This document shows, piece after piece, positions 9,061 through 17,215 of a DNA stretch of 64,000 nt. The notes under the pieces were generated by a model. The model ran no database searches, was not told the origin of the DNA, and saw only the letters and a list, made by a program, of their open reading frames with translations. A program made the position numbers and the translations under genes. Within the stretch, counting starts at the first letter, position 1. Each line of letters starts with the position of its first letter. Origin of the DNA: Candidatus Parcubacteria bacterium. GTDB taxonomy: Bacteria; Patescibacteriota; Minisyncoccia; Phycocordibacterales; UBA2100. Location of the stretch: assembly GCA_041168925.1 (NCBI GenBank), contig JBEEJY010000005.1, positions 2,957 to 66,956 of the forward strand, given 5' to 3'.

Positions 9061-9618
9061 TCAAGCAAACCCGGTGCGCTTCTCGTCGGCGAGCTTTCTG
9101 AGCCGTTCGATGCCTCGATGGATGCGCACTGAAACGACATTTTCCGAGACGCCGAGCGCGGCGGCTATTTCTCTGGGCGACATGTCCTCGAGAAAGCGCA
9201 TGCTGATAGCCGTCTGATAGATCTCGTCGAGCGAGTCGAGAAGGCGCATCGCTTCACGGGCAGCCTGCCTGTTCGTCGGGTCGGGCGTCGTCTCGTCTTC
9301 GACCTCAAACCCGTCTTCCTCCATCATCGAATCGAGCGACGAGGCTTTCTTTCTGCGCGCGTGATCGACGATAAGATTGTTCGCCACGCGGTAGAGAAAC
9401 GCGCGCATGTACTCGATCGTCTTGCCTTCCGAAAGATAGAGCCACGCTCGCGAGAAGGTTTCTTGCGTGATGTCTTTCGCGATCTCACGATCGCGCACGC
9501 GCGCGAGACAATGCCGAAACACCGCATCGGCGCATTCCTCATATGATGCAAGAAAAGCCCCCTCAAGCTCTTGCGTGAAGCGCGTTTCGTCATCATCACC
9601 CCTCATAGGTATCCTCAA
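9061..9618 (-). CDS. ECF-type RNA polymerase sigma-70 factor
   Basis: Region 2 (DITQETFSRAWLYL...) and region 4 helix-turn-helix (DMSPREIAAALGVSENVVSVRIHRGIERLR). Confidence 0.8.
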   Translation of the reverse strand: MRIPMRGDDDETRFTQELEGAFLASYEECADAVFRHCLARVRDREIAKDITQETFSRAWLYLSEGKTIEYMRAFLYRVANNLIVDHARRKKASSLDSMMEEDGFEVEDETTPDPTNRQAAREAMRLLDSLDEIYQTAISMRFLEDMSPREIAAALGVSENVVSVRIHRGIERLRKLADEKRTGFA

Positions 9619-9635
9619 GGATACGCGAGCGACGG

Positions 9636-10826
9636 TCAGGATGCCAGCACGCCGAACTGTTTTCCGACTTTCGCGAATCTCTCGACTGCCGTTTTGATAT
9701 CCTCTTTTGTGTGAGCGGCCGAGATCTGCACCCTGATACGGGCCTTGCCTTTGGGAACCACCGGGTGGGCAAAACCGATGACATAGATGCCCTCGTCAAA
9801 GAGGGCTTTGGCCATATCGACGGCTTTTTTTTCATCGCCGAGCATGATGGGCGTGATGGGATGCTGCGCGTCCGACACCGTGAATCCTTTTTCTTTCATC
9901 AGCTGACGGAAGAGTTTCGTGTTGCCCCACAACCGCTCTCTGAATTCGGGATGCGCTTTCAGATGATCGATGAGAAAAAGCGACGTGCCGGTAACCGCGG
10001 TATCGAGGGAATTCGAGAAAAGATACGTGCGGGAACGGTTGCGCAAGTAGTCGGCGGCCTCCGAGTGAGTCGCCGTGAAAGCTCCTCCCGCGCCGCCGAG
10101 CGCCTTGCCGAACGTACCGGTGATGAAATCAACCCGGCCGACGACCCCGCAGTGCTCCGGGGTACCGCCGCCGCTTTTTCCCATAACCCCGGTTGCATGC
10201 GCATCATCCACCATCACGAGCGCATCGTACTTCTCCGCCAGATCACAAATTTCTTTGAGCGGCGCGATATCGCCGTCCATGCTGAAGACGCCGTCGGTGG
10301 CGACGACTCTCAGCCGCTTACCTTTGGTCAGCTTGAGTTTGTCCTCCAAATCGACCATGTCCATGTGTTTGAAGATGTGACGTTCGGCTTTGGAAAGACG
10401 TATCGCGTCGATTATGGAGGCGTGATTGAGCTCGTCGGTAACAATCGCATCCTGCTCGCCGAAAAACGTCTGGAAGAGGCCGACGTTGGCCATAAAGCAC
10501 GATGAATACAAAACCGCGTCTTCCGTCCCCACCAAATCGGCAACTGCTTTCTCTAAATCCTTGTGCACCGTTTGCGTGCCGCAAATGAATCTCACGGATG
10601 CGAGTCCGTATCCCCATCTCGCCGTGGCCTCTTCCGACGCTTTTTGAGCGAGTTTTGTGCCGGCCAAACCGAGATAGTTGTTCGCGCAAAAATTCAGGTA
10701 TTTCTTTCCGCCGACGACGATCTCTTTCCCCTGCGGGGATTCAAGCACTCGTTCGACTTTGTATGTGCCGTTTTCCTTTGCGGCCGCTAGCTCGGATTCA
10801 AGAATCGGTTTGAGCGATTTGTACAT
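9636..10826 (-). CDS. kbl: 2-amino-3-ketobutyrate CoA ligase (glycine C-acetyltransferase)
   Basis: 396 aa PLP-dependent enzyme. TGTFGKALGGAGGAF holds the lysine that binds PLP. Adjacent to tdh. Confidence 0.85.
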   Translation of the reverse strand: MYKSLKPILESELAAAKENGTYKVERVLESPQGKEIVVGGKKYLNFCANNYLGLAGTKLAQKASEEATARWGYGLASVRFICGTQTVHKDLEKAVADLVGTEDAVLYSSCFMANVGLFQTFFGEQDAIVTDELNHASIIDAIRLSKAERHIFKHMDMVDLEDKLKLTKGKRLRVVATDGVFSMDGDIAPLKEICDLAEKYDALVMVDDAHATGVMGKSGGGTPEHCGVVGRVDFITGTFGKALGGAGGAFTATHSEAADYLRNRSRTYLFSNSLDTAVTGTSLFLIDHLKAHPEFRERLWGNTKLFRQLMKEKGFTVSDAQHPITPIMLGDEKKAVDMAKALFDEGIYVIGFAHPVVPKGKARIRVQISAAHTKEDIKTAVERFAKVGKQFGVLAS

Positions 10827-10833
10827 ACCAACG

Positions 10834-12045
10834 TTACCCGTTGACCTTGAAGACGATCTTCGGATTCTCGTTCATCGCTTTCTCGAATGATTCGGGCGTG
10901 AATTTTTTGAAATCGAGGATCGTGCCTTTGCCTCCTTTCAGTATTACGTTCCATATCTTGTCCTGCACGCCGTTCGTTTTGTCCGAGAGTACGCGTTGCG
11001 CGATCTGCCAAGTGTTGAAAATGCGGCGCCCGATTATGCCGTGGATCGTGAGGCCGCGCACGATGACCGTGCGAGAGAAATTCGGGATCGTGACATTGCC
11101 GTCTTTTATTCCGAAGGCGATCACGTGTCCGCCGCGACGCGTGGAGAGAATGCAATTGTTGAGGGAAGAAGGCGGCCCGGCCATTTCCATGGAAATATCG
11201 ACTCCCTTGCCGTACGTGAATTCCATGATCCTCTCGACGACTTCCTGATCGTGTTCCCAGTCGTTTGCCTTTTGTGCTTTCGGAATGAGAATGGTTTCGT
11301 GCGCACCGAGTTCTTTCGCCATTCCGAGATTTGCCGGATTGATGTCGACGACGATCACTTTCGCCGCACCGAAATTGCGGGCGAGCAAGACGCAAAATAA
11401 ACCGATCGGGCCCGCGCCCATGATGGCGACGCGCTGTCCGCGCATGTCTGCGACCGTGGAAGCGTGCACCGCATTCCCGAAAGGATCGTAGATCGCGGCG
11501 ATCTCCGGTCGAACGCGCCGCTCGTCTACCGCCCAGAGATTGCGTGCAGGAATCTTCACGTACTCGGCAAAAATGCCGTCGATCGAGATCCCGAGAATCG
11601 CTTCGTTGAGGCAGACGTGCCCTTCGCCGATCCGGCACTGATAGCAGCGGCCGCAGGTCACGTGCGAATCACCGGAAACTAGGGCGCCTACCTCGATTTT
11701 CGCGGGGTTTTTATCGTCGGGATCGTGATAGAGCCGCTCGACCATAGAGCCGATCTGCGCGATTTCCCCCGCGAACTCGTGGCCCGTGATGCGCAGCGTC
11801 TTGCCTTCGCGCTTGAGCGAATCGTGCACCATGTCTTTAAATGCATCGCGATACCACAGCCCCCTATCGGAGCCGCACACGCCCGCGTAGCGGACCTTGA
11901 GAACGACGGAGAGCGCATCTTCGGGGTTATTTTTTTCATCGAGTACCGGCATCGGCACTTCGCGCATCACGAAGCCTCTGCTTTTCTCCCAGCCGTCTTT
12001 CTCCCGATCAAATGTAAGCGCTTTGACTGTCTGTGCCATAGGCAT
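10834..12045 (-). CDS. tdh: L-threonine 3-dehydrogenase-like zinc-dependent alcohol dehydrogenase
   Basis: Zn-ADH motifs (GVCGSD, CGRCYQCRIGEGHVC) and Rossmann fold IMGAGPIGL. Operonic with kbl. Confidence 0.8.
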   Translation of the reverse strand: MPMAQTVKALTFDREKDGWEKSRGFVMREVPMPVLDEKNNPEDALSVVLKVRYAGVCGSDRGLWYRDAFKDMVHDSLKREGKTLRITGHEFAGEIAQIGSMVERLYHDPDDKNPAKIEVGALVSGDSHVTCGRCYQCRIGEGHVCLNEAILGISIDGIFAEYVKIPARNLWAVDERRVRPEIAAIYDPFGNAVHASTVADMRGQRVAIMGAGPIGLFCVLLARNFGAAKVIVVDINPANLGMAKELGAHETILIPKAQKANDWEHDQEVVERIMEFTYGKGVDISMEMAGPPSSLNNCILSTRRGGHVIAFGIKDGNVTIPNFSRTVIVRGLTIHGIIGRRIFNTWQIAQRVLSDKTNGVQDKIWNVILKGGKGTILDFKKFTPESFEKAMNENPKIVFKVNG

Positions 12046-12190
12046 GGATGAAAATCACATCATAACAAAACAGAAGGAAAAATGAAGTATCGTATGCTAC
12101 ATTGGTGCGACGCGGGGCCAGTAATCACTCTTTAATACTGACCCGGCATTCGCGAGAAGAGCACGCGCTCGTCCTTTCTACTCCTCGCTT

Positions 12191-12263
12191 GGGCCAGTAG
12201 TTCAGTGGTAGAACGTCTCATTTGCAATGAGAAGGTCCGGGGTCCGATTCCCCGCTGGTCCAC
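12191..12263 (+). tRNA. tRNA-Ala (anticodon TGC)
   Basis: Cloverleaf folded by hand: acceptor GGGCCAG/CTGGTCC with the G3:U70 alanine identity pair, D-arm GTTC/GAAC, anticodon stem TCTCA/TGAGA with loop TTTGCAA, T-arm CGGGG/CCCCG. CCA is not encoded. Confidence 0.85.
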
Positions 12264-12613
12264 AATCCGAATTCGACGTCCAGCACATTGCTCCTGTTGG
12301 GGCTCTCATCGTTGCAGTCCTGCTGGTTATTCTGACCTTTCATATTCCCATAGGCGCAAAAGAAAAATGGGGAAACAATGGTGCTTCTCGCTCGACCTCG
12401 ATACTTCTTGTTTTTGCAATATTAAGCCTCTTCTTTGGTAGCACCGTCCTAGAGCTGTTCAAAGAAATGAGCGCAGGCTATTGATTTTATAGGCGCAATC
12501 TTTTGAAAAAAGATGGGGCAATAGCGAGAGGAGGCTTCTACTGTTAACGACTATAAATTGCATGAAGAACATGATATTGTATGGGTGTATTTAATTGATC
12601 CAAGCTATTTTTT

Positions 12614-13456
12614 ATGCCTCCTGAACAAGCAAACACACCTGCACCGATTCAACCCGAGACGATGAAACCTGTTCCATTTTGGAAGCTTAAAAAAGTCTGG
12701 ATACCGGCTGTCATACTTATGCTAGTCGTAGTCGGGCTTTTGCCTTTACGGCAGCCTACGCCACAAGTAAACGGCCACTTGCTTGCTGGTAGTAAATCTG
12801 TCTCAGGCGATTTTCAATATCATGCAGAATCGCCATCTCTTACCGTTGTTGCTCTCTACCCCGCCGCAACCCCTATCAAGGACCCGACCATAGATGCTCG
12901 TGTGCGGATGGAGGTAGAACAATTCGTGCTTGATAAGATAAATAGCTTTAAAAGCAAATATGCAAATGTACCAGAAGGCAACCACGTGACACTAGAGCTT
13001 TTATACACCCAATCACTTTCCTCTAAGACCTTCTCATACGTATATGAGACACGCATAAGTGAAAAAGGAGGAGGTAGTTATCTAAGTCAAGAGGATAGCG
13101 ACGTGTTTGAATCCATTGTTTTTGATAACAATGGCAATCGGATGAGCCTCGGCGACTTGTTTACACTCGGCTCCGGTTATCTAGGAATCATTTCCCGAGA
13201 GGCAACCGGTCTGGTGCAACAGCAACTGGACCAATTGGCGCGTGAGCGCGGCACCACGTTTACGATCAAGGTGGCAGGTCTTGCGCCCACAGAAGAAAAC
13301 TTTAAAGCTTTTTCTCTCAATGGAACTAGGTTGCTAATTATTTTCTCGGTCGGCCAAGCTGCAGACAAGGAAGCCGGACCTCTCTATGTTGATTTGCCCC
13401 TCGAATCTTTGTCGGCTCTATCGGGTATAGTGCGACCTTCGATACTTCAGTTTTAG
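12614..13456 (+). CDS. Membrane-anchored protein with an ectodomain of the DUF4163/DUF3298 (RsiV-like) type, lying in a lower-GC segment
   Basis: 280 aa with an N-terminal TM. The domain assignment is made by eye (low confidence). Local GC is visibly lower than its surroundings. Confidence 0.45.
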   Translation: MPPEQANTPAPIQPETMKPVPFWKLKKVWIPAVILMLVVVGLLPLRQPTPQVNGHLLAGSKSVSGDFQYHAESPSLTVVALYPAATPIKDPTIDARVRMEVEQFVLDKINSFKSKYANVPEGNHVTLELLYTQSLSSKTFSYVYETRISEKGGGSYLSQEDSDVFESIVFDNNGNRMSLGDLFTLGSGYLGIISREATGLVQQQLDQLARERGTTFTIKVAGLAPTEENFKAFSLNGTRLLIIFSVGQAADKEAGPLYVDLPLESLSALSGIVRPSILQF

Positions 13457-13644
13457 TGCCACAGGGGAGCCATCCCGCCGTTTTATACTGTTCCTCAAAA
13501 CGGAGGGGCTGATTGCGCGCGCATGGGAGGGTTTGGGGCAAGCGCATACAGATTTGTGCCTCGCCATTCCTTAAAGAATTTTGTATGGCGAGTCTCCGCT
13601 TGTATTTGAATCACAGCCTTCCTTTTCCTGAAAGGAAGCCGCCC

Positions 13645-14613
13645 TCAACGTCGCGCCAAACTGATCGCGTGTTCGAGGAATTCGCGTACGGACGAGCCGA
13701 CGCTTTCGAGCATCGGCGGAAACGAGGCGCCTCGATACAGACCGGGCGTTGCGTTGATTTCAAGCAAGTACGGCCCGCGAGGAGTGAGTATGATATCGGC
13801 GCGCGAGTAGTGCGAAAGTCCGAGCGCGCGATGCGCGGCGCGGGCGAGGTCGGCGAGCGATCTTTTCTCCGCCTGATGAAAGTTGCTCGGCACCACGTGG
13901 ATGATCGTCGCCTCGCGATGCCCGGTCGGATCGAGGAAGCGAGATCCTCTCGGCGCGATGAGGTGCGCGGGCGGCAGCGCGTATAGCTCTTCGCCGCGAA
14001 AATCTTCCACGACGCCGACCGAGGCGTCGCGTCCGCGAATCAGCTCCTCAACGAGCGCCGAGCCGAACGCATCGAGTATGTCGCCGATCGCATCTGGCAA
14101 TTCGAGAAGCGTAGTCGCAATGACAATGCCGTGCCCGGCACCCTCCGAGGCGGGCTTTACGATGTATGGAGGACCGAACTGATCGAAAACGAGACGCGCC
14201 ATTTCGCCCGTCGTGAGGTCGTTTTGGAGCGAAAAGGAAACGGCGCGCGGCATTCTAATGCCCGCTTTTTGCAGTATCTCGCGCGCGCGAATCTTGTTGA
14301 GCGCATGGGCGCTCGCAAGCGGCCGCGCGCCGGCATACGCTATGCCCGCGCGTTCCAAGATTCTCTGCACCGTGCCGTCTTCCCCGATTCCGCCGTGGAG
14401 TGCGTTTAATGCGACGTCGACTTGCGCGAGTGCGCGAGCCGGATCCACCGGCTGTCCGCGCAAATGCCAATACCCCCGCCTATCAATAAAGATGTCGCGT
14501 GCATCGTATTTCTCCTCGGGCAGCGCGGAGAGCATCGCGGCACCGGTCTTGAGCGAGAGATCATACTCGCTCGATGTCCCGCCGCGAAGTACACCTACGG
14601 AGGTGCGCATCAT
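13645..14613 (-). CDS. ddl: D-alanine--D-alanine ligase
   Basis: 322-aa ATP-grasp protein with the LHGGIGEDGTVQ motif and a C-terminal LEINATPGL. Confidence 0.85.
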   Translation of the reverse strand: MMRTSVGVLRGGTSSEYDLSLKTGAAMLSALPEEKYDARDIFIDRRGYWHLRGQPVDPARALAQVDVALNALHGGIGEDGTVQRILERAGIAYAGARPLASAHALNKIRAREILQKAGIRMPRAVSFSLQNDLTTGEMARLVFDQFGPPYIVKPASEGAGHGIVIATTLLELPDAIGDILDAFGSALVEELIRGRDASVGVVEDFRGEELYALPPAHLIAPRGSRFLDPTGHREATIIHVVPSNFHQAEKRSLADLARAAHRALGLSHYSRADIILTPRGPYLLEINATPGLYRGASFPPMLESVGSSVREFLEHAISLARR

Positions 14614-14696
14614 CGTTGAATTATAGCCTAGTAAAGCGAGAGGAGTGGGAACTTGTTCACACTTCCGAGCGAACGACGGCTAAAGGAGCGAAGCGA

Positions 14697-15959
14697 CTAT
14701 ATCATCATTTTCCGTCGCCTTTTGCGATGCCAGCCGATGGCGAAGCGATGCGCTTCACTGTTGGCGAGCAAGATGTCTTTTTCGTACGCTTCTATCGCGC
14801 GCTTGTCACCGATGAGTCGTTCCGGCCTGTGAAATTCATTCTTGACGACGCCGACGAGAGGTATCTCGATTCCGGCCTTTTTACATACCTTTCGCGCCGC
14901 GTTCATTTGTGCCTTGCCTCCGTCGACGACGCATACGCGCGGCAGTGGCCATTCAGGGTGATTGAGCCGGCGCTCGAGCGTTTCGGTAAGCGCCGCGACA
15001 TCGTCATTGGTCGCGGTGCGGATCGTAAACTTACGATAAGCTGCTTTGATCGGCTCGCCGCCGTGCACGACCGCCATGACCGCGACCGTCTCCGCGCCCG
15101 ACGTATGCGCGACATCAAACGCCTCGATGCGCACTCCGCCTCCCGGCGCGATACGGTGCTCGTCTTTCAGAAGGGAGACGTCCTTTACGTGTTCGAGTGC
15201 GCGGATTTGCCTGCGCAATACCGCCGCTTCTTCAAAACGCTCTCCTTCGGCGGCGGCTTTCATACGTGCCGCAAGACGGCGTTTCAGTCCTTTGAAGTTG
15301 CCGGAAAAAAGCTCGCGTATGTTTTTAATCGTCCTCCCATACTCATCTCGCGTTATCTCCCCCGTGCACACGCCGGGGCAGAGGCCGAGCTGGCGGTTGA
15401 AGCAGGGTTTGCATGCGTTGTTTTTTCCTTCGCCGCATGGTACGCACCTGGCGTCGTGATATGGAAAAATCTTGCGAACGATTTTCATCGCTTCTTGCAG
15501 CTGCAGAGCGTGCGGGAAAGGGCCGAAGACCGCGCTCGGGCGCGGCCGCATCCCGTTGACGGAAAACAGCTCGCGGCCGCGAACGAGAAGTACCTGCGGA
15601 TACGCGTCTTTGGTGAGGATGACGTAGTTGAAGCTCTTATTGTCCTTCGATTCGACATTCGCCGGCGGCTGATGTTTCTTGATGAGATTCGCCTCGAGAA
15701 TGAGCGCTTCGAGTACCGATTCGGTGGTTTGCCAATTGAGCGCGTCGGCATCTTGCACCATTCGCGCGACCGCGGGCCCGCGGCCGCTCGCAAGATCTTT
15801 GGAAAAATAGCTTCGCACTCGATCGCGCAAACTCCCCGCCTTGCCGATATAGAGGATCTTTCTCCTCCTCTTGAAAAAGTACACGCCCGGCTCATCGGGC
15901 AGTCTGAATCGCCGCAGTTCATTGCGCTGCATGCGGCGAGTATACTCCCCCGTTGACAA
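14697..15959 (-). CDS. uvrC: Short UvrC-like excinuclease: GIY-YIG, Cys-rich region, UVR motif and RNase-H-like endonuclease domain, lacking the C-terminal (HhH)2
   Basis: 420 aa against about 600 for canonical UvrC. GVYFFK...ILYIGKA is the GIY-YIG motif; the Cys cluster is CVPCGEGKNNACKPC. It ends RFAIGWHRKRRRKMMI with no helix-hairpin-helix. Confidence 0.7.
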   Translation of the reverse strand: MSTGEYTRRMQRNELRRFRLPDEPGVYFFKRRRKILYIGKAGSLRDRVRSYFSKDLASGRGPAVARMVQDADALNWQTTESVLEALILEANLIKKHQPPANVESKDNKSFNYVILTKDAYPQVLLVRGRELFSVNGMRPRPSAVFGPFPHALQLQEAMKIVRKIFPYHDARCVPCGEGKNNACKPCFNRQLGLCPGVCTGEITRDEYGRTIKNIRELFSGNFKGLKRRLAARMKAAAEGERFEEAAVLRRQIRALEHVKDVSLLKDEHRIAPGGGVRIEAFDVAHTSGAETVAVMAVVHGGEPIKAAYRKFTIRTATNDDVAALTETLERRLNHPEWPLPRVCVVDGGKAQMNAARKVCKKAGIEIPLVGVVKNEFHRPERLIGDKRAIEAYEKDILLANSEAHRFAIGWHRKRRRKMMI

Positions 15960-16129
15960 AAACCTGAAATACGCTACGCTTGGGCTTTAATGACCTCCGG
16001 GAAGTTTCTCGAACACGACACCCGCCCGGGTGTATTTTTGTGCCTTTCCAGAAACCCGCGACAAGTCGCGGGTTTCTTCTATGGAGGCACAACCTTGCGT
16101 AGATTCAGCAAAGCAGGGTCAATCCGCCT

Positions 16130-17215
16130 ATGAAATTGATCCTCAAAGACGGCACGGTATTTGAAGGAGAGAGTTTCGGCGCGTCGGTAAGCACTGCGGG
16201 CGAAGTCGTCTTCAACACCGGCATGACCGGCTATGTCGAGAGCCTCACCGACCCGTCCTACGCAGGTCAGATCGTTGTGCTCACCTATCCGCTCATCGGC
16301 AATTACGGCGTGCCCGACCATTCGACCTGGGAGTCGGAGAAAATCCGCGTTTCCGGACTCGTCGTGAGTGAATACTCGCAGAATTATTCGCATCGCGACG
16401 CGATCCGGTCGCTTGCCGAATGGCTCAAAGCCTCCGGCGTGCCGGCGATCATGGGCATCGATACGCGCGCGCTTACCAAAAAACTCCGTGAGCACGGCGT
16501 CATGCTCGGCCAGCTCATCGAGGGCGAGCCTGGCGCGTTTATCGATCCCAACAAAGAAAATCTCGTCGCCAAAGTAAGCCCGAAGGAGGTGCGCACGTAT
16601 GGCAACGGGGCCGTAAAGATCGTCGCGATCGATTGTGGCATGAAAGAAAACATAGTGCGTTCGCTCACCCGCCCTGAAACGACCGTCATCCGTGTCCCGT
16701 GGGATTACGATTTTTTAAAAAAACCGCCGGCCGGCGGATACGATGCTCTGTTCATATCCAACGGCCCGGGCGATCCGACCATGTGCAAACCGACGATCGA
16801 GCACATCCGCGCGGCCATGAAAACCGGTAAACCGATCCTCGGCATTTGCCTTGGCAATCAGCTGCTCGCACTTGCTGCCGGAGCGAAGACGTACAAACTG
16901 AAATACGGACATCGCGGACAGAATCAACCCTGCATCGATGCGGAAACGGGCAGGTGCTACATCACCTCGCAAAATCACGGCTACGCCGTGGAAAAGCGTT
17001 CTCTCCCGCGGGGTTGGAAGGAGTGGTTCGTCAACGCGAATGACGGCTCCAACGAGGGAATCGCACACAAATCTCGCCCGTGGAGAAGCGTGCAGTTCCA
17101 TCCTGAAGCCTGCCCAGGCCCTACCGACACAGAGTGGATATTCGACCGGTTCATCGATGATCTTATAAAACACAAAGTTGGGGAAGTTAAACTTGCACAA
17201 CTAAAACACGCATGA
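16130..17215 (+). CDS. carA: Carbamoyl-phosphate synthase small (glutaminase) subunit
   Basis: 361 aa. GATase catalytic triad region GICLGNQLL...H...E. Confidence 0.9.
   Translation: MKLILKDGTVFEGESFGASVSTAGEVVFNTGMTGYVESLTDPSYAGQIVVLTYPLIGNYGVPDHSTWESEKIRVSGLVVSEYSQNYSHRDAIRSLAEWLKASGVPAIMGIDTRALTKKLREHGVMLGQLIEGEPGAFIDPNKENLVAKVSPKEVRTYGNGAVKIVAIDCGMKENIVRSLTRPETTVIRVPWDYDFLKKPPAGGYDALFISNGPGDPTMCKPTIEHIRAAMKTGKPILGICLGNQLLALAAGAKTYKLKYGHRGQNQPCIDAETGRCYITSQNHGYAVEKRSLPRGWKEWFVNANDGSNEGIAHKSRPWRSVQFHPEACPGPTDTEWIFDRFIDDLIKHKVGEVKLAQLKHA

Noticed and set aside
12205-12484. Two plus-strand ORFs (78 and 85 aa) starting inside tRNA-Ala
   Set aside because: Their starts lie within the tRNA gene body and there is no ribosome-binding site. 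The 85-aa product is hydrophobic, but it is more likely chance in the AT-rich flank.
12264-13500. Integrase or att direct repeats flanking the tRNA-adjacent islets (also checked for 29306-30746)
   Set aside because: No recombinase ORF and no repeat of either tRNA 3' end could be found by eye. The segments are therefore reported only as compositional islets, not as intact mobile elements.
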